Shown here: positions 8,566-18,236 of the stretch, piece after piece
Numbering within the stretch: the first letter of the stretch is position 1
How the letters are laid out: every line of letters starts with the position of its first letter
Assembly: GCA_964514975.1 (NCBI GenBank)
Contig: CAZESS010000003.1
Coordinates: 32,001-96,000 of the forward strand
Direction: 5' to 3'
Length of the DNA: 64,000 nucleotides
DNA from: an uncultured Thermoplasmatales archaeon
GTDB lineage: Archaea; Thermoplasmatota; E2; UBA202; DSCA01
The notes under the pieces: generated by a model
Database searches by the model: none
Told to the model about the DNA's origin: nothing
The model's input: only the letters and a program-made list of their open reading frames with translations
Program-made: the position numbers and the translations under genes

Positions 8566-11500
8566 ATGAATACCATGAAAAAAGATGTTTTAGTCATCGG
8601 CGGAGGGATCACCGGCGTGCAGACAGCGCTGGATTTGGCCGATAAAGGATACGAGGTTGTTATCGTCGACCGGAAGCCGTCCATCGGCGGCAACATGGTC
8701 AAGCTCGACAAAACGTTCCCCACCAACGACTGCTCCATCTGCATCTCGGCGCCCAAGATGGTGGAGACCAGCCGGCACGAAAACATCGACCTGCTCACCT
8801 ACTCCGAGGTCAAGGAGGTCAAGGGCAACGCCGGCGGCTTCGAGGTCACCATCTGGAAGCGCACGAAATACGTCGACCCCGGCGAGTGCACGGGATGTGG
8901 CGACTGCGAGGAGGCTTGTCCGGTCGAGGTGCCCAACGAGTTCGATGAATCGCTGTCCAGCCGGAAGGCCATCTACGTCGAATACCCGCAGTCCGTCCCG
9001 CTCACATACACCATTGACTACGAAAACTGCGTGGGCTGCGGCGCCTGCGAGCGCGTCTGCGACGCAGGGGCCATCCAGTTCCTCGAAAAATCAGAGGAAT
9101 ACCACATAGAAGTGGGCAGCATCGTCGTCGCAACGGGCTTCGAGATGATGGAGCCCGACGTCTGGCGGGAGGAATACGGCTACGGCGAATACGACGACGT
9201 GGTCACCGCGCTGGAATACGAGCGCCTGCTGTCTTCGTCGGGACCCACGGAGGGCACGGTCAGGAAGCCATCCGACGGTGAGGAACCCGAAAGCGTGGCA
9301 TGGATACAGTGCGTGGGCTCCCGCTGCAAGCAGAAGGGCATGCCGTATTGCTCCAGGGTGTGCTGCATGTACGCCACCAAGGAAGCATCGATTACCGTGG
9401 GGGACAACCCCGACATCGAGACATATATTCATTACATGGATTTGCGCGCGTATGGCAAGGACTTCCAGCAATACTACGACCAGGCGAAAAAGAAAGGCGT
9501 GACCTACCTACGGGGCCGGCCGTCCCGCGTGTACAAAACCGGGGAGAACAAGCTCGCCGTCGAGTACGAGGACACGGAGCGCGGCGAGGTGACCACCAAC
9601 GAGGTCGACATGGTCGTGCTCTCCGCAGCAATCGTTCCCGCCTCGGGCAACCGGCAGCTCGCCGACATTTTGGGCGTCGAACTCGACGAAAACGGCTTCT
9701 TCAAGTCACGGGACAGCCTGACGGCACCCATGGAGTCGACCCGCGATGGTATCTACCTGGCCGGCTGCTCACAGTCCCCCAAGGACATCCCGGACAGCGT
9801 CGCGCAGGGCAGCGGCGCCGCAGCCAGGGCGCTCATGCCCATCAGGAACCGTCCCCGGAAGGGCCGGCCGGAGAAGCCCGCAGAGCGCGACGTCTCCGGG
9901 GAGGAACCCCGCATCGGCGTGTTCGTCTGCCACTGCGGGAAAAACATCGCCAACTACCTGGATGTGCCGGGTGTGGCCGACGCGGTGAAAAACATGCCCA
10001 ACGTTGTCCACGTTGACGATACCATGTTCGCCTGCTCCGAGGACGCCCAGGCCAAAATAAAGGATGCCATCAAGGAGCATGGGCTCAACCGTATCGTGGT
10101 CGCGGCCTGCTCGCCGCGCACCCATGCCAACCTGTTCCAGGACACCATGGAAGAGATGGGGCTCAACCGCTACCTGTTCGAGATGGCCAACATCCGCAAC
10201 CAGTGCAGCTGGGTTCACAGCGACGATGCAGAGCGGGCGACCGAGAAAGCCAAGCTGCTCACCAAAATGGCCGTGGCGAAAGCGGCGCGGCTGGCAGCAT
10301 TGCAGGAACACGAGATAGACGTCGGCGACCACACGCTCGTTGTCGGCGGCGGCCCGGCGGGCATGCAGACCTCTTTGAGCCTGGCCCGGGCGGGGCAGCA
10401 TGTCACCCTGGTTGAACGCGAAGATGAGCTCGGCGGCAAGCTGCTCAGGCTTAACACGCTCTTCCCGACAGATATCAATGCGCGGGAGCTGGCCGAGCGG
10501 CTGGCACGCGACGTCATGGACGAGGAAAACATCACGGTTATGACCTCCGCCGAGATACAGGATGTGGAGGGCTACATCGGCAACTACGAGGTCTCCATCG
10601 ACGGCGAGATACATCATTTTGATACCATCGTCCTGGCCACGGGCTTCCAGGAAATCGACCCGGGCGAGTGGTACGGCTACGACGGCGAGCGGGTGATGAC
10701 GCAGCTCGAGCTCGACGAAGCGCTGGCCAGAGATGACCTGGAAGACCCTGAAACCGTTGTTTTCATCAACTGCGTCGGCGCCATGGAGGAGGAACGTCCC
10801 TGGTGCTGCCGGGTTGGCTGCGGCAACTCGCTGAAGAACGCCAAGGCCGTCAAGCAGCGCTACCCCGATGCAGACGTCTACATTTTGTACAAGGACCTGC
10901 GGGTCTTCGGCAAGGACGAGGAGGAATACTACATGGAGGTCGAGGGCGAAGACGGCGTTATCTTCCTTCGCTATTCCACCGATAACAAGCCCGTGGTGAC
11001 CCATGAGGACGGAAAGCTGCACGTTGCGGTGCATGACAACCTGCTGGACGACGACGTGGAAATCGATGCTAACTACGTCGTCCTGGCCATGCAGTTGCAG
11101 GGCGACAGCAGCGCTGCCAGGCTCAAAAAGATGCTGAAGGTCTCGGCTGACCCTGCCGGCTTTTTCATGGAAGCGCATGCCAAGCTCCGGCCGCTTGAGT
11201 TTCCATCTGAGGGCGTCTATCTGGCCGGCGGTGCTCATTACCCCAAGAACGTGGCGGACATGTTCGCGCAGGCGGACGGCGCTGCTTCGAAGGCGGCTAT
11301 CCCCATGATGCGGGGCTACGCGCGGAGCGAGGGCATCATCGCCGAGATAGACAGCGACGTCTGCTCGGGCTGCAAGATGTGCATCGCCGTCTGCCCCTAT
11401 GGCGCCATCGATTTCAACGAGGAGGACGGCGTCGCCGAGGTCACCGACGTGTTGTGCAAGGGCTGCGGCTCCTGCGCCTCGGTCTGCCCCGTCGGTGCTA

Positions 11501-11574
11501 TCACCCAGAAGGGCTACGAGGACGACCAGTTGACGGCGATGATAAAAACGGCGCTGCTCGAGGGGGTGGCCTGA
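8566..11574 (+). CDS. hdrA: Heterodisulfide reductase subunit A-like flavoprotein, tandem two-module form (1002 aa)
   Basis: GGGITG FAD motif, KLDKTFPTNDCSIC, inserted 2x[4Fe-4S], IQCVGSR..YCSRVCCMY, PKDIPDSV; then an internal RIGVFVCHCG, a second GGGPAG FAD domain and C-terminal ferredoxin motifs. Confidence 0.93.
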   Translation: MNTMKKDVLVIGGGITGVQTALDLADKGYEVVIVDRKPSIGGNMVKLDKTFPTNDCSICISAPKMVETSRHENIDLLTYSEVKEVKGNAGGFEVTIWKRTKYVDPGECTGCGDCEEACPVEVPNEFDESLSSRKAIYVEYPQSVPLTYTIDYENCVGCGACERVCDAGAIQFLEKSEEYHIEVGSIVVATGFEMMEPDVWREEYGYGEYDDVVTALEYERLLSSSGPTEGTVRKPSDGEEPESVAWIQCVGSRCKQKGMPYCSRVCCMYATKEASITVGDNPDIETYIHYMDLRAYGKDFQQYYDQAKKKGVTYLRGRPSRVYKTGENKLAVEYEDTERGEVTTNEVDMVVLSAAIVPASGNRQLADILGVELDENGFFKSRDSLTAPMESTRDGIYLAGCSQSPKDIPDSVAQGSGAAARALMPIRNRPRKGRPEKPAERDVSGEEPRIGVFVCHCGKNIANYLDVPGVADAVKNMPNVVHVDDTMFACSEDAQAKIKDAIKEHGLNRIVVAACSPRTHANLFQDTMEEMGLNRYLFEMANIRNQCSWVHSDDAERATEKAKLLTKMAVAKAARLAALQEHEIDVGDHTLVVGGGPAGMQTSLSLARAGQHVTLVEREDELGGKLLRLNTLFPTDINARELAERLARDVMDEENITVMTSAEIQDVEGYIGNYEVSIDGEIHHFDTIVLATGFQEIDPGEWYGYDGERVMTQLELDEALARDDLEDPETVVFINCVGAMEEERPWCCRVGCGNSLKNAKAVKQRYPDADVYILYKDLRVFGKDEEEYYMEVEGEDGVIFLRYSTDNKPVVTHEDGKLHVAVHDNLLDDDVEIDANYVVLAMQLQGDSSAARLKKMLKVSADPAGFFMEAHAKLRPLEFPSEGVYLAGGAHYPKNVADMFAQADGAASKAAIPMMRGYARSEGIIAEIDSDVCSGCKMCIAVCPYGAIDFNEEDGVAEVTDVLCKGCGSCASVCPVGAITQKGYEDDQLTAMIKTALLEGVA

Positions 11575-11996
11575 TGGCGGATTTTGAGCCACGCATCATC
11601 GCGTTTCTGTGCAACTGGTGCAGCTATGCGGGCGCAGACCTGGCGGGCGTGAACCGGCAGCAGTATCCATCCAACATTTTGAATATCAAGGTTATGTGTT
11701 CGTCGCGGGTGTCCCCGGAGCACGTGTTTGAGGCGCTGCAGGACGGCGCCGACGGCGTGCTCATCGCTGGATGCCATCCCGGCGACTGTCATTACATCGA
11801 CGGCAACTACAAGACCGTCAGAAAGGTCGACCTGCTGCACCGGATGCTCGAGGACATGGGCATCAATCCGCGGCGGCTCCGCCTGGAATGGATTTCGTCG
11901 GCGGAGGGCGGCAAGTTTGCAGAGGTGATGCAGGCGATGACCGACGACATCCTGGAGCTGGGTCCGCTCGACCTTGAAGGGGAGGTGTCTGAATGA
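11574..11996 (+). CDS. mvhD: Hydrogenase/Hdr [2Fe-2S] adaptor subunit
   Basis: FLCNWCSYAGADLAG, VMCSSRV, GCHPGDCHY and RLEWISSAEG. ATG overlaps the hdrA TGA. Confidence 0.95.
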   Translation: MADFEPRIIAFLCNWCSYAGADLAGVNRQQYPSNILNIKVMCSSRVSPEHVFEALQDGADGVLIAGCHPGDCHYIDGNYKTVRKVDLLHRMLEDMGINPRRLRLEWISSAEGGKFAEVMQAMTDDILELGPLDLEGEVSE

Positions 11997-12958
11997 GCAA
12001 GGCGAAGATTGGGTTTTACTGGTGCGGTGCCTGCGGCGGTTGCGAAATCGCCGTGCTGGACATCGATGAGATGCTGCTCGACGTGGCCGAACAGGCGGAC
12101 ATCGTGTTCTGGCCATGCGCAATGGACCCAAAGTATGAGGACCTGAAGAAGATGGAGGACGACAGCATCGACTTCATGTTCATCAACGGCTCCGTCCGGA
12201 ACGAGGAAAACCGCGAGATGGTCCGGTTGCTGCGGCGCAAAGCCAAGAACATCGTGGCCTTCGGCTCCTGCAGCAGCATCGGCGGGCTCTTCGGGCTCGG
12301 CAACCTGTATACGAAGGAGCAATTGCTGGATACGGCCTATCATACCCGGTCGACCGACGGAGACGTGACGCCGCAAAAAGAAAGCCAGGTCGACGAGGGC
12401 ACGCTAGAGCTGCCCGATTTGCTGCATCACGTGGTCCGGCTGGACGAGGTCATCGACGTCGACTACTACATCCCCGGCTGCCCGCCATTGCCCAACCAGC
12501 TTGAGGAAGCCTTTCCGGCGCTGCTGGACGGCAGCGCAGAGAAATATGATTTTATCTCACGGAAAAGCGTCTGCGACGTATGCCCGCTGGAGCGGGAGGA
12601 GAAGCGCATCAAGCGGCTCCGGCCCATCCAGGAGGTCGAGCTGGACCCCGACCGATGCATCCTGGACCAGGGTGTACTCTGCATGGGCCCCGCGACGGCG
12701 GGCATGTGCGAGGCGGCCTGCCCCTCGGTCGGCTATCCCTGCATCGGCTGCAACGGCCCCGTCCGCGGTGTGAAGGACCAGGGAGCTCGGATGGCCTCCG
12801 CCCTTGCATCGGTCATCGGCATCGAGGGCGAGGGGCGCAAGACCGAGGAGGAAATCCGGGAGGCGATGGCGTCGGTGCTGGACCCCACGGGCGCGTTTTA
12901 CCGGTTTTCGCTGCCCAGCAGCATGCTTCGCTACCGGCGAGGTGATATAGATGACTGA
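11993..12958 (+). CDS. mvhG: F420-non-reducing [NiFe]-hydrogenase small subunit
   Basis: CGACGGCE, AFGSC, YIPGCPP, SVCDVC, CMGPAT..CEAACP..CIGCNGP. Confidence 0.92.
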   Translation: MSKAKIGFYWCGACGGCEIAVLDIDEMLLDVAEQADIVFWPCAMDPKYEDLKKMEDDSIDFMFINGSVRNEENREMVRLLRRKAKNIVAFGSCSSIGGLFGLGNLYTKEQLLDTAYHTRSTDGDVTPQKESQVDEGTLELPDLLHHVVRLDEVIDVDYYIPGCPPLPNQLEEAFPALLDGSAEKYDFISRKSVCDVCPLEREEKRIKRLRPIQEVELDPDRCILDQGVLCMGPATAGMCEAACPSVGYPCIGCNGPVRGVKDQGARMASALASVIGIEGEGRKTEEEIREAMASVLDPTGAFYRFSLPSSMLRYRRGDIDD

Positions 12959-14408
12959 AAAAATAACGATTGACCCGATAACCAGACTGGAGGGCCACGG
13001 CAAAATCGAGATATTTCTCGACGACGACAGGGAGGTCGAAAACGCCTACCTGCAGGTCCCCGAGTTCAAGGGCTTCGAGCAGTTCTGCCGCGGCAGGCGA
13101 GCCGAGGACATGCCCACGATAACGAGCCGCATCTGCGGCGTCTGCCCCGTCGCTCACCATTTAGCATCCACCAAGGCGCTCGACGACGCCTTCAATGTCA
13201 CGCCGCCCGAGCCGGCCGTGAAGCTCCGGGAGTTGTTCTACAACGCCTACATCTACGCGGACCATCTCCTTCACTTTTACTACCTGGCCAGCCCGGATTT
13301 CATCGTTGGCGTGGACGCGCCGCGGGAGACCCGGAACATCCTGGGTGTCATCGAACAGGTCGGCCTGGACATCGGCAAAAAGGTCATCCGGCAGCGGGGC
13401 AACGGGCAGCGCATCATCAGGATGCTCGGCGGCAAAGCCGTGCATCCGTCGTTCGGCATCGCCGGCGGCGTGAGTAAATCATTGTCAGATGAGGAGCGCA
13501 CCGAGGTGGTCAAGCTGGCGGACGGCATGGTCGACTTCGCTTCGTTTACGCTCGACGTGTTCAAGGAGCAGGTGCTCGCCAACTACGAGGACGTCATCAC
13601 TGCAGATGCGCTGGAAACGTACAGCATGGGGCTCACCGAGGACGGCAACGTCAGCCACACCGGCGGCGTGGTCAACGTGGTCGACCCTGACGGCAGCGAC
13701 TTCGCGTCGTTCAGCGGCCTGGATTACATGGACGTCATCCGGGAGCACGTGGAACCGTGGAGCTACATGAAGTTCCCCTATCTAAAGGAGGTCGGCTGGC
13801 AGGGCTTCACCGACGGCCCGGACAGCGGCGTCTACCGCGTCGGTCCGCTCGGACGGCTCAACGCGGCCCGGGGCATGAAAACAGAGCTGGCACAACAGCA
13901 CTACGACGAGATGTACGAGACGCTCGGACGGCCGGTACATTCAACGCTGGCCTACCACTGGGCCCGCCTGATAGAGGTCATGCAGTCCGCGGAGCTCATC
14001 CGGCAGCTTGCACACGATGAAGCGCTGGAAAGCGACGACATCCGCGCCGAGGTCGGCGAGCCCGGCAACGGCGTCGGCATCGTCGAAGCCGCCCGGGGCA
14101 CCCTCATCCACGACTACGAGCTCAACGAAAAGGGGCTGATGGAAAACGTCAACCTCATCGTCGCGACGGTGCACAACGCCGCCCCGATATCGATGAGTGT
14201 CAGAGATGCTGCCCGGAAATACGTGGACGGCGGCGACGTCAAGCCCGGCATGCTGAACAGCGTCGAGCGGGCCTTCCGCGCCTACGACCCCTGCCTTGCC
14301 TGTGCAACGCACTCGCTCACCGGGGAGACACCGCTCAAAATCAACATCTATGACACAAATCACAGGAAGATACGGGAGGTCAGCCAGAACCTGGGAGGTA
14401 CACCATGA
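12951..14408 (+). CDS. mvhA: Group 3c [NiFe]-hydrogenase large subunit
   Basis: ITRLEGHGKI, L1 motif RICGVCPVAH, L2 motif RAYDPCLACATH followed by a cleavable C-terminal extension. Confidence 0.95.
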   Translation: MTEKITIDPITRLEGHGKIEIFLDDDREVENAYLQVPEFKGFEQFCRGRRAEDMPTITSRICGVCPVAHHLASTKALDDAFNVTPPEPAVKLRELFYNAYIYADHLLHFYYLASPDFIVGVDAPRETRNILGVIEQVGLDIGKKVIRQRGNGQRIIRMLGGKAVHPSFGIAGGVSKSLSDEERTEVVKLADGMVDFASFTLDVFKEQVLANYEDVITADALETYSMGLTEDGNVSHTGGVVNVVDPDGSDFASFSGLDYMDVIREHVEPWSYMKFPYLKEVGWQGFTDGPDSGVYRVGPLGRLNAARGMKTELAQQHYDEMYETLGRPVHSTLAYHWARLIEVMQSAELIRQLAHDEALESDDIRAEVGEPGNGVGIVEAARGTLIHDYELNEKGLMENVNLIVATVHNAAPISMSVRDAARKYVDGGDVKPGMLNSVERAFRAYDPCLACATHSLTGETPLKINIYDTNHRKIREVSQNLGGTP

Positions 14409-14800
14409 AGGTCAGGCGCGGAGCAAAGGAGCGCGCCTTCATAGACAAGGTGGAGGAGCTCTCCGAGCAGTCGGTCAACGCCTGCATCAGGTGCGGCACC
14501 TGCTCGGCCGGCTGCCCCTTCGTGCAGGACATGGACGAGCTGCCCGAGCGGATTTTCAAACGCATCATCCTCGGCGACACGGAGGGCATCCTCAAGCAGA
14601 ACACGATGTGGATATGTGCCGCCTGCTACACCTGCAGCGTGCGCTGCCCCCGGGACATCGACATCGCCAAGATTATGGAGGCCGTCCGGCAGACCGTGCT
14701 CAGGGAAAATGTCGACATGGTGGACGTGGAACACGTCGAACATATCAAGGACCTGCCACAGCTGGCCGTGGTGGGCTGCTTCAGGAAGGAGACGGGATAA
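14405..14800 (+). CDS. hdrC: Heterodisulfide reductase subunit C-like 2x[4Fe-4S] protein
   Basis: CIRCGTCSAGCP and WICAACYTCSVRCPRDID. Confidence 0.9.
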   Translation: MKVRRGAKERAFIDKVEELSEQSVNACIRCGTCSAGCPFVQDMDELPERIFKRIILGDTEGILKQNTMWICAACYTCSVRCPRDIDIAKIMEAVRQTVLRENVDMVDVEHVEHIKDLPQLAVVGCFRKETG

Positions 14801-14801
14801 C

Positions 14802-15653
14802 ATGGACGGCTACCTCTACTACCCGGGCTGCACCCTGAAGACCAAGGCGTCCGACTACGAGGAGAGCGCCATGGCAGTCATGGAGGCGCTCGACACGCCG
14901 TTGATGGAGATGGACGACTGGTACTGCTGCGGCGCCGTCCAAAGCCTGACGGCGGACGACATCATGCACCAGATTGCGCCCATCCGGACGCTCATCTGCG
15001 CGCAGGAACAAAACGAGCGGCAAGTGGTAACGCTCTGCGACATGTGCTACAACGTGCTGAAGCGTGCCAACCTGTGGATGCGGGAGCATCCCGATGACCT
15101 GGAGACGATGAACGAGTTCCTCGACGAGGACCCCGACTACGAGGGGAACGTCGAGGTCTACCACCTGTTCGAGATTCTGCGGGAGCGAAAGGATGACGTC
15201 AAAAAGCGGGTGAAACACAAGCTGGATGGCCTGACCGTCGCTCCCTATTACGGCTGCATGCTGCTCCGCCCGAGCGAGGTCGCCATCGACGACACCGAGA
15301 ACCCCAGCATTATGGAAGGATTGCTGGAAAACATCGGCGCCGACGTGCTCGACAACCCCAAGCGGACCGAGTGCTGTGGCTCCTACCACGTCGTCAACCG
15401 ACCGGACATCGTGGAGCGGCGCATTGAAGAGCTGGTGTCGCGCATGGGCGAGATGGGCGCCGACGTCATCGCGCTGTCCTGCCCGCTCTGCCAGTACAAT
15501 CTTGATTCCTATCAGCGCTCGACGGGATACGACATCCCCGTGTTGTATCTCACCGAGCTCATCGCGCTGGCCTTCGGACTGGAGGCCGGCCTGCACAAGC
15601 ATCGGGTTGACCCCGGCATTATGTTAAAAGAACGAGGTGTTTTGGAGAGATAA
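14802..15653 (+). CDS. hdrB: Heterodisulfide reductase subunit B-like protein (two CCG domains)
   Basis: YYPGC..WYCCGA..CDMC and YYGC..ECCGS..CPLC. Start at ATG 14802 just after the hdrC stop. Confidence 0.92.
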   Translation: MDGYLYYPGCTLKTKASDYEESAMAVMEALDTPLMEMDDWYCCGAVQSLTADDIMHQIAPIRTLICAQEQNERQVVTLCDMCYNVLKRANLWMREHPDDLETMNEFLDEDPDYEGNVEVYHLFEILRERKDDVKKRVKHKLDGLTVAPYYGCMLLRPSEVAIDDTENPSIMEGLLENIGADVLDNPKRTECCGSYHVVNRPDIVERRIEELVSRMGEMGADVIALSCPLCQYNLDSYQRSTGYDIPVLYLTELIALAFGLEAGLHKHRVDPGIMLKERGVLER

Positions 15654-15654
15654 T

Positions 15655-16353
15655 ATGGGAGAAAAAGAAGAGCAGGAGATGATCGAGATATACGTGATGG
15701 GCAAAAAATACGAGGTGCCCAAGGGCCTCACCATCATGACCGCGCTGGAATATGCGGGCTACAAGTTCACCCGTGGCTGCGGCTGCCGCGGCGGGTTCTG
15801 CGGCGCCTGTCCAACGGTGTACCGGAAAAAGGATGACTACAAGCTCCGGATGGACCTGGCCTGCCAGACCGCGGTGGAGGACGGCATGTACCTGGTGCAG
15901 CTGCCCTTTGTGCCCGCGGTGCGCGAGGAATACGACCTGGAGGAGATGGACCCGGCAGACAATGACAACATCCTGCTGGAATACTATCCCGCCATCGCCC
16001 GGTGCGTGTCCTGTAACACGTGCACCAAGTCGTGTCCGCAGGAGCTCGAGGTCATGGATTTCGTGCAGGCCGCCCTGCGCGGCGACGTGCAGCGCTGCGC
16101 CGAGCTGTCGTTCGACTGCATCCAGTGCGGATTGTGCAGCATGCGCTGCCCCGCCGACATCAAGCACTATCATCTGGCACAGCTGGCCCGGCGCATCTAC
16201 GGCCGCTATCAGCAGGACAAGAGCGACACGCTCACGAAGCGTGTTGAGGAGGTCGAAAAGGGCGCGTATGACGAGGAGCTGCAAAAGCTGGTCGAGATGG
16301 ACGAGGAATCACTGAAAGAGCGCTATGAGAAGCGCGACATCACGGAGGGATAA
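15655..16353 (+). CDS. Fumarate reductase/succinate dehydrogenase-like Fe-S subunit ([2Fe-2S] plus 2x[4Fe-4S])
   Basis: GCRGGFCGAC..LACQ [2Fe-2S] motif; CVSCNTCTKSCP and CIQCGLCSMRCP. Confidence 0.82.
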   Translation: MGEKEEQEMIEIYVMGKKYEVPKGLTIMTALEYAGYKFTRGCGCRGGFCGACPTVYRKKDDYKLRMDLACQTAVEDGMYLVQLPFVPAVREEYDLEEMDPADNDNILLEYYPAIARCVSCNTCTKSCPQELEVMDFVQAALRGDVQRCAELSFDCIQCGLCSMRCPADIKHYHLAQLARRIYGRYQQDKSDTLTKRVEEVEKGAYDEELQKLVEMDEESLKERYEKRDITEG

Positions 16354-16356
16354 ATC

Positions 16357-18009
16357 ATGAGCGAAGGCTACCCCGAGTATATGAAAAAATCTATCGAAAA
16401 GGTCGAGGCGACCCGCGCGCAGCGCGTCGAGGAGACCTATGAGCGGATGAACCTGGATGAGGCGGACGAGGTGCTCAACAACTATCATCCCGACTATCGC
16501 CCCGAGGGCAAGCGGGAGATACCCGTGGGCCCGAGCAAGGGCGAAAAAGCGCCGATGGAGTTCGTGGAGCAGCTCCTGGCCCGGGGGCTCGTCTCGCCGG
16601 AGGACATCGACCTCGGCACCATCGACTACGACGTCGATATCCTGATTATCGGCGGCGGCGGGGCCGGCACCGTCGCAGCATTATGGGCCGTCCGTGAGGG
16701 CATCACGCCCGAAAATATTCTCATTTCGACGAAGCTCCGCCATGGCGATGCGAACAGCATGATGGCGCAGGGCGGCATCCAGGCCGCCGACAAGGAGGAC
16801 GACTCGCCCGTCAAGCATTATCTCGACGCCATCGGCGGTGGGCATTTCACCAACAAACCGGAGCTCGTCAAAGCGCTGACCATGGACGCCCCCGAAATCA
16901 TCCGGTGGCACGAGAAGCTCGGCGTCATGTACGACCGGGAAAAAGACGGCGACTTCGTCGAGCTGCCCGGCGGCGGCACCTCCCGCTTCCGGCTGCATGC
17001 GGCCGGCGACTACACCGGTATGGAGCTGATGCGGGTCATCCGTGACGAAGCACGCAACATGGACATCCCGGTGCTCGAGTTCACGCCGGCGATCGAGCTG
17101 CTGAAGGACGACAACGGCAACGTGGCCGGGGCGCTGCTCATGAACCTGGAAACCAATGAATACTACGTGGTCCGGGCAAAGTCGACCATCATGGCGACCG
17201 GCGGCTTCGGACGATTGCACATCCAGTCGTATCCGACGACCAATCATTACGGGGCGACGGCGGACGGCCTCATCATGGGCTACCGCGCCGGCGTACCCCT
17301 GCGGGACATGGACTCGGTGCAGTATCATCCCACCGGCGCCGCATACCCGGAGCAAATCGTCGGGCTGCTGGTGACCGAAAAGGTCAGGAGTCTGGGAGCC
17401 CAGCCGGTGAACCGCGATGGGGAGCTCTTCGTCAATCCGCTGGAGCCCCGCGACGTCGAAGCCGCCTCGATCATCCGGGAATGCTACGGCCGGGACAACG
17501 GCGTGGAGACGCTGACCGGCATGAAGGGCGTCTGGCTGGACTCGCCGCTCATCGAGGAGAAAAAAGGCGAGGGTACAATCGAAAAACGGCTGCCCGCCAT
17601 GGTCAGGCAGTACCAGCGGTTCGGCATCGACATCACCGAGCAGCCCATCCTCGTGTTTCCGACGCTGCACTACCAGAACGGCGGGCTGGTCATCAATCCC
17701 GATGGCTCGACGCCCGTCAAAGGCCTCTACGCCGGCGGCGAGGTCAGCGGCGGCGTCCACGGCAAAAACCGGCTGATGGGTAACTCGTTGCTCGACTACA
17801 ACGTCTTCGGCAGGCGGGCGGGTGTCGCCGCGGCGCGGCATGCCAAAAAAGCGTCCGTCGGCACGCTCACGCTTGACCACATCACCACATATGAAAAACA
17901 GCTTCGCGAGGCGGGTGTCGACATCGAGCGGAGGGCGCCGCTGCTGCTGCCCGAATACCGCGGCAAAAAAGTGCTGGAGCGGCACCTCGACGTCGAGGTC
18001 ACGCTGTAG
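16357..18009 (+). CDS. Fumarate reductase/succinate dehydrogenase-family flavoprotein (soluble, TfrA-like)
   Basis: GGGGAG, NSMMAQGG, ATGG, QYHPT, TEKVR, PRD, HYQNGG and HGKNRLMGNSL motifs. Confidence 0.85.
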   Translation: MSEGYPEYMKKSIEKVEATRAQRVEETYERMNLDEADEVLNNYHPDYRPEGKREIPVGPSKGEKAPMEFVEQLLARGLVSPEDIDLGTIDYDVDILIIGGGGAGTVAALWAVREGITPENILISTKLRHGDANSMMAQGGIQAADKEDDSPVKHYLDAIGGGHFTNKPELVKALTMDAPEIIRWHEKLGVMYDREKDGDFVELPGGGTSRFRLHAAGDYTGMELMRVIRDEARNMDIPVLEFTPAIELLKDDNGNVAGALLMNLETNEYYVVRAKSTIMATGGFGRLHIQSYPTTNHYGATADGLIMGYRAGVPLRDMDSVQYHPTGAAYPEQIVGLLVTEKVRSLGAQPVNRDGELFVNPLEPRDVEAASIIRECYGRDNGVETLTGMKGVWLDSPLIEEKKGEGTIEKRLPAMVRQYQRFGIDITEQPILVFPTLHYQNGGLVINPDGSTPVKGLYAGGEVSGGVHGKNRLMGNSLLDYNVFGRRAGVAAARHAKKASVGTLTLDHITTYEKQLREAGVDIERRAPLLLPEYRGKKVLERHLDVEVTL

Positions 18010-18020
18010 GGTGGACCAGG

Positions 18021-18236
18021 ATGATAGAAGTAAACGAGACATACTGCAAGGGCTGCAACCTCTGCATCGAGTTCTGCCCCAGAGATGCGCTGGAGCCAGC
18101 CGAGGAAATCAACGAAAAAGGCGTGCATCCACCCGTCGAGGTGGAGGGCAGATGCAACAACTGCCGGCTCTGCGAGCAGATATGCCCCGACTTCGCCATC
18201 GTCATCATAGAGGACGAGGAGGAAAACGATGAATGA
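18021..18236 (+). CDS. korD: 2-oxoacid:ferredoxin oxidoreductase delta subunit (2x[4Fe-4S] ferredoxin)
   Basis: CKGCNLCIEFCP and CNNCRLCEQICPDFAI; overlaps korA. Confidence 0.85.
   Translation: MIEVNETYCKGCNLCIEFCPRDALEPAEEINEKGVHPPVEVEGRCNNCRLCEQICPDFAIVIIEDEEENDE

Noticed and set aside
9769-11592. Long antisense and alternate-frame ORFs (607 aa here; also 16681-18042, 21179-22348, 34499-35755 and others)
   Set aside because: Shadow ORFs of high-GC coding sequence; they overlap well-supported genes and show no recognisable motifs.
8566-14408. Selenocysteine (in-frame TGA) in HdrA, MvhD or MvhA
   Set aside because: All three ORFs are open and the relevant motifs (for example DPCLAC and CNWC) use ordinary Cys codons.
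8566-15653. Methanogenesis inferred from hdr/mvh genes
   Set aside because: No mcr, mtr, fwd or CoM/CoB genes in the window; Hdr-Mvh modules are common in non-methanogens and the context here is TCA.
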